Shown here piece by piece: positions 8,091 to 17,539 of a DNA stretch of 32,000 nt; position 1 is the stretch's first letter; every line of letters starts with the position of its first letter. This DNA is from Candidatus Helarchaeota ASGARD archaeon Hel_GB_B (GTDB lineage Archaea; Asgardarchaeota; Lokiarchaeia; Helarchaeales; HEL-GB-B). The notes beneath the pieces were generated by a model. The model searched no databases. It had not been told where the DNA came from and was given only the letters and a program-made list of their open reading frames with translations. The position numbers and the translations under genes are program-made. The stretch lies in assembly GCA_005191425.1 (NCBI GenBank), contig SUPR01000027.1, forward strand, positions 1 to 32,000, in the 5' to 3' direction.

Positions 8091-10727
8091 ATGACTGATA
8101 AATGTAAGTATTTAGATGAAAAAGATATTTTGGGCGAAATCTTCTATTTATGTAACATCCAAAAAAAAGGTATTTCTACCGATTTTGTTTTGGAAACATG
8201 TTTATCTCCAAACTGGAAAGATTGCGAGTTTGTATTTAGTCCATCGAAATCGCATTTAAAAGGCAAATGGAAGGAAATAATTGGATTAGAGGATATCAAA
8301 AAAGAGCTCATCCAGAAGGTCCAACATCCCTTCATTTTATCTCAGATTAAAAATATGAAAATAGAACCAGTAAAAACGCTTATTCTTTTTGGTCCAGATG
8401 GGTGTGAAAAATTATCATTGGTCCATGCATTAGCTGAAGAGAGCCATGTTAATTTAGAGACTATTTCATTCAGACAAATTGAAGAATTGAACACAAAAAT
8501 TGATGAAATTGGAGAAAATGACCCGACTATTATTTTAATTGATGAGGTAGACCTAGTTGCACCACCAATAGAATCAAAACAAGTATATTTAGCAACATTT
8601 AGAATCCAAGATCCTATAATTATATTAATGTCTGCTATTCAGAAAATTAAATCTTCTAATAAACCTATATCCTTGATTATGATTACTGATAATCCTGATT
8701 TAGTTTCTCCATTAATTTTAAAACAGGAATATATTTCTGATATAATTTACGTTCATCCTCCAACGGAAAAAGATAGGAAGGAAATTTTAAAAAATTTATT
8801 ACAAAATAAACCGCTGGAGAAAAATATTGATTTTGATTTACTGGCCAAAAAAACATTTAATTTTTCGGTGCAGGACCTTAAAAAACTAGTTAGAATAACC
8901 GAATTAAAATGGGCTGAAGATTCTTATGAAAATGAGCGAAAAATTTCAATGGACGACATACTCAAGGCTCTAAAAGAAGTAATCCCCTCATTGACAAAAT
9001 CAATGATTAAAAAATTTGAGATAACTGCGATTCGTTATGGTGCAATGGAAAAAAGGTTTAGTAAAGAACGATTAACGTGGGATGATGTAGGAGGATATGA
9101 TTCTATTAAAAAGCAATTAAAAAATATTATTTCAATGTTAACATCAAGTGATATGTATAAAAAATATGATGTTAATGCACCAACAGGTGTGCTTTTATTT
9201 GGACCTCCTGGGTGTGGTAAAACTTATATTGCCAGAGTAATGGCTGATATTGCTAATGCTAATTTCATATATGCAAGCGCTCCTGATTTATTATCAAAAT
9301 GGTTGGGTGAAAGTGAACAAAAAATTCACGATTTATTTACAACCGCAAAATTAAACCCACCTACAATTCTCTTTTTTGATGAATTAGACGGAATTGCATT
9401 TGAAAGATCAAGAACAACTGATCATCCGTATTTGACGACTATATTGTCTACATTTCTATCTGAATTCTCTGATCTCCGTCCTGAAGACCATATTTTAGTA
9501 ATTGGAGCTACTAATAGAATTGAAGATATAGATCCAGCATTTCTTAGACCTGGACGTCTTGATGAGCGAATTGCAGTTCCACCACCAGATTTTAATGCAA
9601 GAAAAGAAATTTTTCAAATTTATTTAAGAAAAGTAGAATTGAGTGATGATGTTGATTTTGATTTTTTAGCAGAAAAAACTAAAAATTATACTGGAGCTGA
9701 AATCGCTTATATTTGTGATACCACTAAACGCAATAAAGCTTTTAAGGCTATTGAAAATGGCAAATATACTAAAATAAAAATGAAAGATATTTTAGAAGTT
9801 TTAGATTCAATTAAACCAGATCTATCATCTGAAGATATTGATGAATTTAATGAAATGATTGAAAAATTTGAACGCCGTGGTAAATTTTCCCCTGAAATAC
9901 TTCATGAGCCTATATACTGGAATGAAATTGGAGGTTTAAAAGAAGTTAAAGATTTTTTACAAAATCACGTTATACGGCCATTAATTAATTACAGAGATGC
10001 TCTGGAATTCGGTATTACACCAAAAAAAGGGATAATTATTTACGGTTTACCTGGAACTGGAAAAACATCAATAGCAAAAGCAATTACAACCGAATCCAAT
10101 GCAAATTTCTTTAGATTTTCAGCATTAGAATTATCTAATGTCTTTCTTTATAGAACTGATACACCAAAAAGTTTTAAAGATTTGATACGCGATGCCGAAA
10201 GAGTTGCACCTTCTATTATACTACTCGAAAATGTAGAAGCTATCGATTCATTTGAAATAGCCCTTTTTATTCAAAGTGAAATTGAAAAAATAAAAAAGGA
10301 AATTCCAATTTTAATTATATGTGAAACCAATAATTTTGAAGGAATACCTGAAATTTTAAAAGCAAGCAACCAAATTCAATATGTTGTTATTATAAATCCA
10401 CCTACTTTTGAAGAACGAATCGAAATTTTAAAAATTAAAACAAAAAATCTTATTCTTAAGGACGATTTTGACTTCAAATTTATTGCAAATAGAACTAATT
10501 ATTATACTGGTTCGGACCTTGATAAATTGATAAAAGAAGCTGCTCATATTGCCTTTACAAGGAAATTAAATAACAGTTCAAAAGATTCTGTTAAAATAAA
10601 CGAGGATGACTTTTTAAATGCAATGAAAATAGTCGAACCATCACTATCACAAAAGATAATCGATGAATTCAAAAATTCAATCGACAGAATCCAAAAAAAC
10701 AAAACTCGTATTGGTTATTATGGTTAA
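8091..10727 (+). CDS. Cdc48/Vps4-clade AAA+ ATPase with three tandem AAA modules
   Basis: Three modules each opening W.(D/E)(I/V).G and closing P(S/D)L....I..F. Walker A: GPDGCEKL (8391, degenerate), GPPGCGKT (9201), GLPGTGKT (10044). Walker B: ILIDE, LFFDE, LLEN. SRH ATNR...RPGRLDE only in module 2. GGAG SD upstream. Confidence 0.9.
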   Translation: MTDKCKYLDEKDILGEIFYLCNIQKKGISTDFVLETCLSPNWKDCEFVFSPSKSHLKGKWKEIIGLEDIKKELIQKVQHPFILSQIKNMKIEPVKTLILFGPDGCEKLSLVHALAEESHVNLETISFRQIEELNTKIDEIGENDPTIILIDEVDLVAPPIESKQVYLATFRIQDPIIILMSAIQKIKSSNKPISLIMITDNPDLVSPLILKQEYISDIIYVHPPTEKDRKEILKNLLQNKPLEKNIDFDLLAKKTFNFSVQDLKKLVRITELKWAEDSYENERKISMDDILKALKEVIPSLTKSMIKKFEITAIRYGAMEKRFSKERLTWDDVGGYDSIKKQLKNIISMLTSSDMYKKYDVNAPTGVLLFGPPGCGKTYIARVMADIANANFIYASAPDLLSKWLGESEQKIHDLFTTAKLNPPTILFFDELDGIAFERSRTTDHPYLTTILSTFLSEFSDLRPEDHILVIGATNRIEDIDPAFLRPGRLDERIAVPPPDFNARKEIFQIYLRKVELSDDVDFDFLAEKTKNYTGAEIAYICDTTKRNKAFKAIENGKYTKIKMKDILEVLDSIKPDLSSEDIDEFNEMIEKFERRGKFSPEILHEPIYWNEIGGLKEVKDFLQNHVIRPLINYRDALEFGITPKKGIIIYGLPGTGKTSIAKAITTESNANFFRFSALELSNVFLYRTDTPKSFKDLIRDAERVAPSIILLENVEAIDSFEIALFIQSEIEKIKKEIPILIICETNNFEGIPEILKASNQIQYVVIINPPTFEERIEILKIKTKNLILKDDFDFKFIANRTNYYTGSDLDKLIKEAAHIAFTRKLNNSSKDSVKINEDDFLNAMKIVEPSLSQKIIDEFKNSIDRIQKNKTRIGYYG

Positions 10728-10840
10728 AAAAAATAGTAGTGCAATATACTTGATAATAAAATCTAAATATTTAAATCTAAAAAAATAATTAATATAATTT
10801 AATAAAACATAGTGTTTATTTTCCTTTATTAGGGATTAAA

Positions 10841-11461
10841 TTGGAAAACAATAATTTAAAAGGCGGAACTGAAAAAGAGGAAGAAAAAAATGAGCTTGTC
10901 AACTTCTTAAAAGATACTCGCGAGATTATTTTAAATGGTGTGCGAGATGCCTTTATTGATAGAAAAACTGATAATATTCAAAAACTCTACCAATTAGCAG
11001 CTAAAATCTCGGAAGAATTGGGTGATATCGAATCTAAGAAACGATTTGAAAACAGGTCAAAATTGTTTAATAGAAAAAATGCAAACGAAATTTTAGAAGA
11101 TATTGATTTAACCATTAAAAGCATCATTCAAATTATTAATTATGAATTTCAAGATAAAATTAAAAGGGTACTATACACTATAAATTTGCTAATAAATACT
11201 GCAAAAGAAATAGAAATCGCAGAAAAAACCTTTAGAAGGGCAAATGCCCAATTAAATTTCTCACTTATTCAATATATTCGAAAAATGCGGGCATTTAGAA
11301 ATGAATTATTTAGGTTAATACCTAAGGAATTAATACAAACATCCTTCGAAGAATGGGAAAATGAACATAAAAAAATAAAACTAAACCTTGAAAAATTAAA
11401 GGTAAAATTAGATCTTCTTATTTTAAAGTATAAAAAAGATTATAATGAAGAATTAATTTAG
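10841..11461 (+). CDS. Hypothetical all-helical protein
   Basis: 206-aa ORF with TTG start, host-like codon use, amphipathic helices and a C-terminal coiled coil; no recognisable catalytic motif. Confidence 0.65.
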   Translation: MENNNLKGGTEKEEEKNELVNFLKDTREIILNGVRDAFIDRKTDNIQKLYQLAAKISEELGDIESKKRFENRSKLFNRKNANEILEDIDLTIKSIIQIINYEFQDKIKRVLYTINLLINTAKEIEIAEKTFRRANAQLNFSLIQYIRKMRAFRNELFRLIPKELIQTSFEEWENEHKKIKLNLEKLKVKLDLLILKYKKDYNEELI

Positions 11462-11636
11462 TTATCGTGTTTTTTAAACTTTTTACTTTTCTATTTTAAT
11501 TTTTATTATGGATTTTTGTTTATTACAATTTTTCAATTAAATTTCCGCATTTTTTTCCATTAAAAAATACAATAATAATATAAATAACTTAAATTAATAC
11601 AAATTATAAAATAAATATATGATTAAGTAAGTAAAG

Positions 11637-12743
11637 GTGATTGGTTTACAAGTTTGTGCTTGGGATCTTGAAGGGCCATTATCAATGACTGATTTTGCTG
11701 CTGAAATTTTTAAATATCTAAAAATAAAGATTAAATCTAAAATTAAAGGTAATTTAGGTGATTTATTCTATTTAATCAGTAAGTATGACGATTATCTAAT
11801 AGACTATCCTCTAAATCAGCAAAAATTAAATATTGAACGATATAATCCTGGAGATACATTAAGATTATTAGCCCCATTTTATGTAAATTATTTTTCTAAC
11901 GCAGAATTATTTGAAATTGCTAAAAAAAAGTTAGGTATTATTCCAGGTGCAATTGAAACAATTTCATTATTACAAGACGAATGGGATATTTACGTAATCT
12001 CCACAAGTTATACTTATTTTGCATATCAAGTAACAGAAAAATTAGGAATCTCTAAAGACCATGTATATTGTACATTATTAGATGTAGATAATTTAAAAGA
12101 GTTTAAAGATCAATTAGAAACAAAAATTAATCATCTTTTGTATAAAATATTTCCGAAATATATTGATAATAATAAGAACTTTGAGATTATAGTTGATGAT
12201 CTAAATGATTTTTTCTGGGGCGACCGAAACTCTGGATATTTTCAAATAATGGAAAAAGTAGTTGTGCGGGGTGGCAAACAAAAAGAACTGGCTATTGAGA
12301 GTATTTCTGAACGAACCGGCTGTCCAATTGAAGAAATAATTGTAACTGGCGATTCCATAACCGACATTAACATGTTAAATAGAGTAAAAAATGAAAATGG
12401 TATTGCAATATCTTTTAACGGCAATAATTATTCTATACCGCATGCAAATATAGCAGTAACAACTCCTAATGTCATGGGTATTATGCCAATTTTTTATAAT
12501 TACAAAAAAATTTGGGATTTTATTAAAGACTGGAACGAAAATTTTGAAAAATTTAAGATGGACCCCTCTAAAATTCCAGATGATTTAATTCCGTCTTCTC
12601 TGAAAGCATATTTTATTAAAGAAAATTTTGTCCCACAAATTAATGATATTAGGTCAATCACTAATGAAAAATTAAATGAACTAATAAAAATACAAAAAGA
12701 AATGCGAAAAAAAGTAAGAGGTTGGGTTGGTGGTCTAGGATGA
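11637..12743 (+). CDS. HAD-superfamily phosphohydrolase, EhaR-like (COG4030-like)
   Basis: Motif I variant WDLEGPLS..D, motif II ISTSY, motif III K (GGKQKE), motif IV GDSITD; matches the EhaR-type DxEGPLS pattern. Confidence 0.75.
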   Translation: MIGLQVCAWDLEGPLSMTDFAAEIFKYLKIKIKSKIKGNLGDLFYLISKYDDYLIDYPLNQQKLNIERYNPGDTLRLLAPFYVNYFSNAELFEIAKKKLGIIPGAIETISLLQDEWDIYVISTSYTYFAYQVTEKLGISKDHVYCTLLDVDNLKEFKDQLETKINHLLYKIFPKYIDNNKNFEIIVDDLNDFFWGDRNSGYFQIMEKVVVRGGKQKELAIESISERTGCPIEEIIVTGDSITDINMLNRVKNENGIAISFNGNNYSIPHANIAVTTPNVMGIMPIFYNYKKIWDFIKDWNENFEKFKMDPSKIPDDLIPSSLKAYFIKENFVPQINDIRSITNEKLNELIKIQKEMRKKVRGWVGGLG

Positions 12744-13654
12744 AATTAGATATAATTTGCGAAGGTGCTGCATTAATTGATATGGTCGCATTAGTCGACC
12801 GATTTCCAAACATAGATGATGAAGTTTTTGTACCAAAATTAGAATTCAAATGCGGGGGTTCTGCAGCAAATACTGCTGTTGCATGTTCCAAATTAAATTT
12901 AAAAACAGGTTTCATTGGAAAAATAGGTAAAGATCCATTTGGTTCTCTATTAATTGATGATTTTAATAGAAATTCTATTAATATAGAAAACTTGGTAATT
13001 TCTGAAGTCTTGCCTACTGGAAATTGTTATGCTGCTGTCGATAAAAAAGGTAATCGTATCTTATATGCTTTTAGCGGTGCAGCAAATGAGTTAAATCCAA
13101 ATGAATTAAAAGAAGATTATATTAAAAATTCAAGATTAATACATCTTGCAAGTCTTAAAAATATTCTTCCATTAATAAAATCTGCTGAAATCGCGCAGAA
13201 AAATGATGTATTAATTTCGCTCAACCCTGGTGCATTGATAGCAGACCAACCTTTTGAAAATATTAAGCCTTTAATATCAAAAATTGATATTTTTATCAGC
13301 TCAGAAAGTGAATTGAAAAAAATTTTTGATGATAATTTGGAAAATTCTTTGAAGAAGTTAAAAAAATTTGTGAAAATTTGTGCTATTACTCAAGGTTCCC
13401 GTGGATCTTTGATCAACGATTATGAAAATAATGAGCAATTTGTAATTCCGTCGTACAAAGTAGATGTAAAGGATACTACGGGCGCTGGAGACGCTTATTC
13501 TGCAGGGTTTCTCTCAGGTTTGCTACATAATAAAGATTTATTTACATGTGGAAAAATGGGAAACGCAGCTGCAGCTTTATGTATCCAAAAAATTGGTGCT
13601 CGATTTGGAATACCCAGTTATAATGAATTAATGACTTTTATTGAAGAAAATTAG
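12740..13654 (+). CDS. PfkB/ribokinase-family sugar or nucleoside kinase
   Basis: GGSAANTA substrate motif, GKIGKDPFG, TQGSRG and DTTGAGDAY anion hole. Start placed at ATG 12740, overlapping the HAD stop (ATGA), rather than at 12722. Confidence 0.9.
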   Translation: MKLDIICEGAALIDMVALVDRFPNIDDEVFVPKLEFKCGGSAANTAVACSKLNLKTGFIGKIGKDPFGSLLIDDFNRNSINIENLVISEVLPTGNCYAAVDKKGNRILYAFSGAANELNPNELKEDYIKNSRLIHLASLKNILPLIKSAEIAQKNDVLISLNPGALIADQPFENIKPLISKIDIFISSESELKKIFDDNLENSLKKLKKFVKICAITQGSRGSLINDYENNEQFVIPSYKVDVKDTTGAGDAYSAGFLSGLLHNKDLFTCGKMGNAAAALCIQKIGARFGIPSYNELMTFIEEN

Positions 13655-13663
13655 GAGTTAAAA

Positions 13664-14692
13664 TTGTATCATCTTAATTTTTGTATTACTGATAAATGTA
13701 ATCAAAATTGTATTCATTGCTTTGTGAACCCAAATCAATGTAATTTTAATGGATTAGAAGAAAATTTTATAATTGGATTATGTGAAAAAGCTTTCAGATT
13801 TGGCCTAAAATCAGTCCACATTTTTGGTGGAGAACCATTTTTAAGACCTGATTTAAAAAATATTTGCGAAAAATTAAATGAATTAAAAATAAATATAAGT
13901 ATTGCTACAAATGGTCATTTTCTTAATCCTGAACAAGTTGAATGGATCGAAAAATTCAATATTTTTCTTACTATTTCACTTCATGGGACTGAAAAAATCC
14001 ATGATGAAATTGCGAATATGCAGGGCTCTTTTAAGACTACTTTAAACAACATCAAATATCTTTTAAATAAAAAAATTAAATTTGCTATTACAACCTGCGT
14101 TAATAAATTAAACATGGAAAGTTATCCTAGTTTACTACAAGAATTAACTAAAATAGGAATAAAAAATTTTATAATACTTTATTTTTCTCCAATAGGCCGA
14201 GGAATGGAATTAATTGATTATATAATTTCTAATGAAGAATGGGAGCAATTTATTTTTGATGTCCAGCGTTTTAAATGGAAACTAGACCCGGAAATTGAGA
14301 TTTCATTTGAGCCGAGCATTTTTAATCGTAAATATATTAATTTATTTACTTATAGACAACAATGGGCATCATGCCAAATAAATTATAAAAATAATTTTGT
14401 AATTGATGCAAATGGCGATGTCTATCCTTGCATTTTATTACTACGGGATAAGAGGTACCTATTAGGTAATGTTTTAAAATCAGATATAATTGAAATATAT
14501 AATAAAGACCTTACCTTATCTATTAACTCTGCTTATGATATTCCAAATACTTGTTTAAATTGCAATTTATTTGATTTATGCAAAAGCGGGTGTATTGCTT
14601 ATAAAGGAAAAGGTAATATTGATTTTAGATGTAATCCACAGAATAAAAATTATGCACTTTTATGTCCACTTTTTACTAAAATCCTATATTAA
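13664..14692 (+). CDS. Radical SAM protein with SPASM domain (PqqE/NirJ-like)
   Basis: CNQNCIHC (CxxxCxxC), GGEP, ATNG; C-terminal C...GDVYPC and CLNCNLFDLCKSGC plus further Cys. Confidence 0.9.
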   Translation: MYHLNFCITDKCNQNCIHCFVNPNQCNFNGLEENFIIGLCEKAFRFGLKSVHIFGGEPFLRPDLKNICEKLNELKINISIATNGHFLNPEQVEWIEKFNIFLTISLHGTEKIHDEIANMQGSFKTTLNNIKYLLNKKIKFAITTCVNKLNMESYPSLLQELTKIGIKNFIILYFSPIGRGMELIDYIISNEEWEQFIFDVQRFKWKLDPEIEISFEPSIFNRKYINLFTYRQQWASCQINYKNNFVIDANGDVYPCILLLRDKRYLLGNVLKSDIIEIYNKDLTLSINSAYDIPNTCLNCNLFDLCKSGCIAYKGKGNIDFRCNPQNKNYALLCPLFTKILY

Positions 14693-14839
14693 AACAAATG
14701 TTATCAATATTTCATAAATAATATTGGAAAATATAAATAGATAATTAATTAATTTTTATCTGATTTTAAAATGTCATATAAAAGTAAAATATTAAATTAC
14801 AAATTGCATTAATTTATTAATTTAAGTTGAGGATTTCAA

Positions 14840-17257
14840 ATGCTTTATAAGCGTCAGATATTAGGTACTAAGATTTCTACAAATCAAAATTTTATCAAAA
14901 CAATTTCGGTTTCTCCTGATGGTAGATATATTATATCTGGTCATTGGGATAATATTATCAAAATTTTTGATATACAAACATGCAGATGTACTAAAATTTT
15001 AGAAAATCATTCGGATTCAATATATTCTATTGCATTTTCTCCTGATAACAAATATTTTGCTTCAAGCTCTTTTGATAAAACAATTAAGATATGGGAATTG
15101 GAAACCGGTAAATGTATCAAAAATTTCAAAGGCCATAACGACTGCGTTAATTCTGTAATTTTTTCTCAAAATGGTAAATATCTTATCAGTGGCTCTAGAG
15201 ATAAAACTATAAAAATATGGAATATACAAACAGAAAATTGTATTAAAACATTAAAAGGGCATGTTGGTTCGGTTGAAATAATAATTATGACCCACGATGG
15301 TTCTAAAATAATCTCTGGTTCAACTGATGGTTCTATCCGGTTATGGAACTTTAAAAATGGTAAGTTAATTGGAACAATACATGATTTCGGCGTTATAATT
15401 TATTCATTAAAAATATCTTCTAATGGAAAATTTCTAATATCTAACTCATTAGATAATATAAAAATCTGGGATTTAGAAGAACTTGAGCTGATTTTTACAT
15501 TAGAACTACATAAAGGACAGATAAATTCATTCACTGTTACATCTGATGGTAAATATTTAATTTGTGGCACTGAAAATGGTCATATTGCTGTCTGGGATTT
15601 TAATAATAAAAATATAATTAATGAATTAGAAGTTAGTAATAGTATTGAAGTGATTGAATCAATTGATAACAAAACTTACAATATAATTTTAGATCAATGT
15701 TTCGCTCATTTAGATGAAAATGGAAATATAGTCCAATGGATTAAATTTAAAAATGATATCATTCAAAACTTTCCAATTTTCCACAAATTAGATTATGATG
15801 AATTTAATTCATTTCTATCTAATTTGACGCATTCTAAAATGTCCATAAATAAGTTAGCCGATGAAATCAAACTTGAAAGAGCCGATATAATAAATTTTAT
15901 TTCCTTCTTAGAAGATCATGAACTAATAAGTGGTCAAATTGATAAAGATAATAATTTTCTTTCTTATCTATATATTCAAGAATCAATTAAAGAAATTCTA
16001 AATTTATCAGGAAAAATTGAAATTGAGAAAATTACGCAAGTTATTGGTATTCCACAAGATATATTATTAAGAATTATGAAAAATATGATAAAAGAAAATG
16101 TATTAAATGGTTTTTTTAACGATCAAGAGTCAATTTTTACTACAAATGAAGAATTTATGTCTAATATTGTCCTTGAATTAAAAAAGAATAAAATTCTAAA
16201 CCTAACAAAATTATCTGATGAATTTGGAATTAATAAAGATTATATTTTGAAAATTATTGAAGACTTAAAACAAAGAGGCGATATTCCTCAAGTTAAAATT
16301 TCTGCTGATGTTGTTCAAGTCCTTGAAGAAGAAGTTTTACCACCAATTATAGAACTTAAGCCTGAAGAAATTGTTGAAATTCCTGAAATTAAAGAAATAA
16401 CTGAGCCAATCCATGAAAAAACTCAATCTAAAAAAGAGCTAAAAATTACTGCTAAAGAATCTAAAAAAAAGACAAAAGTTGATATTTATATAGAAGAAAT
16501 TAATGAAATATTTCTCAAATTAATAAAAATATTCGAAATCCTAGAAATACCTGCTTTTTACGAAGAAACTGAAAAGTTTTTTAACGAAATTTTTAACTTT
16601 AACAAATCTACATTAGAAAAATTTACAAATGAAAAGTTTATTTCCGTAATTACTAATTTTCAACAAATTATTAACGAAATTACTTCTAAACAAGATAAAA
16701 TTGAATCAATTCAATGTCATAATTTAGAATTTAAATTTATTTCAATTATTAAGGACTTTTTAAATTATAGTAATAAACAATTAAAAGAGATTATCAATAA
16801 TTTAAAGGAACCCAGTTTTTATAAAGTAATAAATGACGCATTTAATGAATTTGACTACCATTTTATTAAGCAAAATAACTTATATATTGAAAATATTCTT
16901 GATTCCATTATTTTAATTGATAAAAACAATACTATTTTGTTTGATTACAGATTTCGACCAACTTATGATCAAAATTTAACTGAAAAAATATTAGATTTAA
17001 TCAAAAATAAAGAGAAAAATTTAATTCACGAAGAATTTGAAATTTTTGAATTAAAATCTGATACTATCTTTTGTTATCTAAAGAAAATCAATGATATTCA
17101 ATTATTATTAATAACAACTGGACAATTTATACCAAATTACCTCAGTTATATTAATGATCTTGCTTCTGATATTAAAGCAGAATTTAGAGACCTCTCAAAC
17201 TCCGGTAAACAGAAAATAAAAAGTATCATAAAATCCAAATTCTTTTTTAACCTTTAA
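14840..17257 (+). CDS. Multidomain protein: WD40 propeller + tandem winged-helix/PCI-like domains + C-terminal longin-like domain
   Basis: Six clear WD40 repeats (e.g. GH..V.S.....G..L.SGS.D.TIKIW) plus one degenerate; three wHTH-like units at aa ~316-480 (LISGQID, VLNGFF); C-terminal LDSIILIDKNNTILFDY...beta-beta-alpha-beta-beta-beta-alpha pattern. WD40 is secure; the other domains are pattern-level calls. Confidence 0.8.
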   Translation: MLYKRQILGTKISTNQNFIKTISVSPDGRYIISGHWDNIIKIFDIQTCRCTKILENHSDSIYSIAFSPDNKYFASSSFDKTIKIWELETGKCIKNFKGHNDCVNSVIFSQNGKYLISGSRDKTIKIWNIQTENCIKTLKGHVGSVEIIIMTHDGSKIISGSTDGSIRLWNFKNGKLIGTIHDFGVIIYSLKISSNGKFLISNSLDNIKIWDLEELELIFTLELHKGQINSFTVTSDGKYLICGTENGHIAVWDFNNKNIINELEVSNSIEVIESIDNKTYNIILDQCFAHLDENGNIVQWIKFKNDIIQNFPIFHKLDYDEFNSFLSNLTHSKMSINKLADEIKLERADIINFISFLEDHELISGQIDKDNNFLSYLYIQESIKEILNLSGKIEIEKITQVIGIPQDILLRIMKNMIKENVLNGFFNDQESIFTTNEEFMSNIVLELKKNKILNLTKLSDEFGINKDYILKIIEDLKQRGDIPQVKISADVVQVLEEEVLPPIIELKPEEIVEIPEIKEITEPIHEKTQSKKELKITAKESKKKTKVDIYIEEINEIFLKLIKIFEILEIPAFYEETEKFFNEIFNFNKSTLEKFTNEKFISVITNFQQIINEITSKQDKIESIQCHNLEFKFISIIKDFLNYSNKQLKEIINNLKEPSFYKVINDAFNEFDYHFIKQNNLYIENILDSIILIDKNNTILFDYRFRPTYDQNLTEKILDLIKNKEKNLIHEEFEIFELKSDTIFCYLKKINDIQLLLITTGQFIPNYLSYINDLASDIKAEFRDLSNSGKQKIKSIIKSKFFFNL

Positions 17258-17539
17258 ATTAACCAATATATTTTATTTATTTAATTTTTTGACTTATTCA
17301 TTATTTTTAATGTGTATTTTGAACTTTTTTTCAAATAATATACTCAATGTAGCTATTAATTTTTAATTTATTTATTTGTATAATTTTAATTTATTAATTA
17401 AAATCTAAAATTGAAATATCATAAATAACTCATAAATTTATTAAATATAAAAAATATTTTTAACAGAATTTAATTAATTGCCATTATTAATCAATAAATT
17501 AGATATGTTTGGTGCATTAAAATTCCATCTTTTGAGCAA

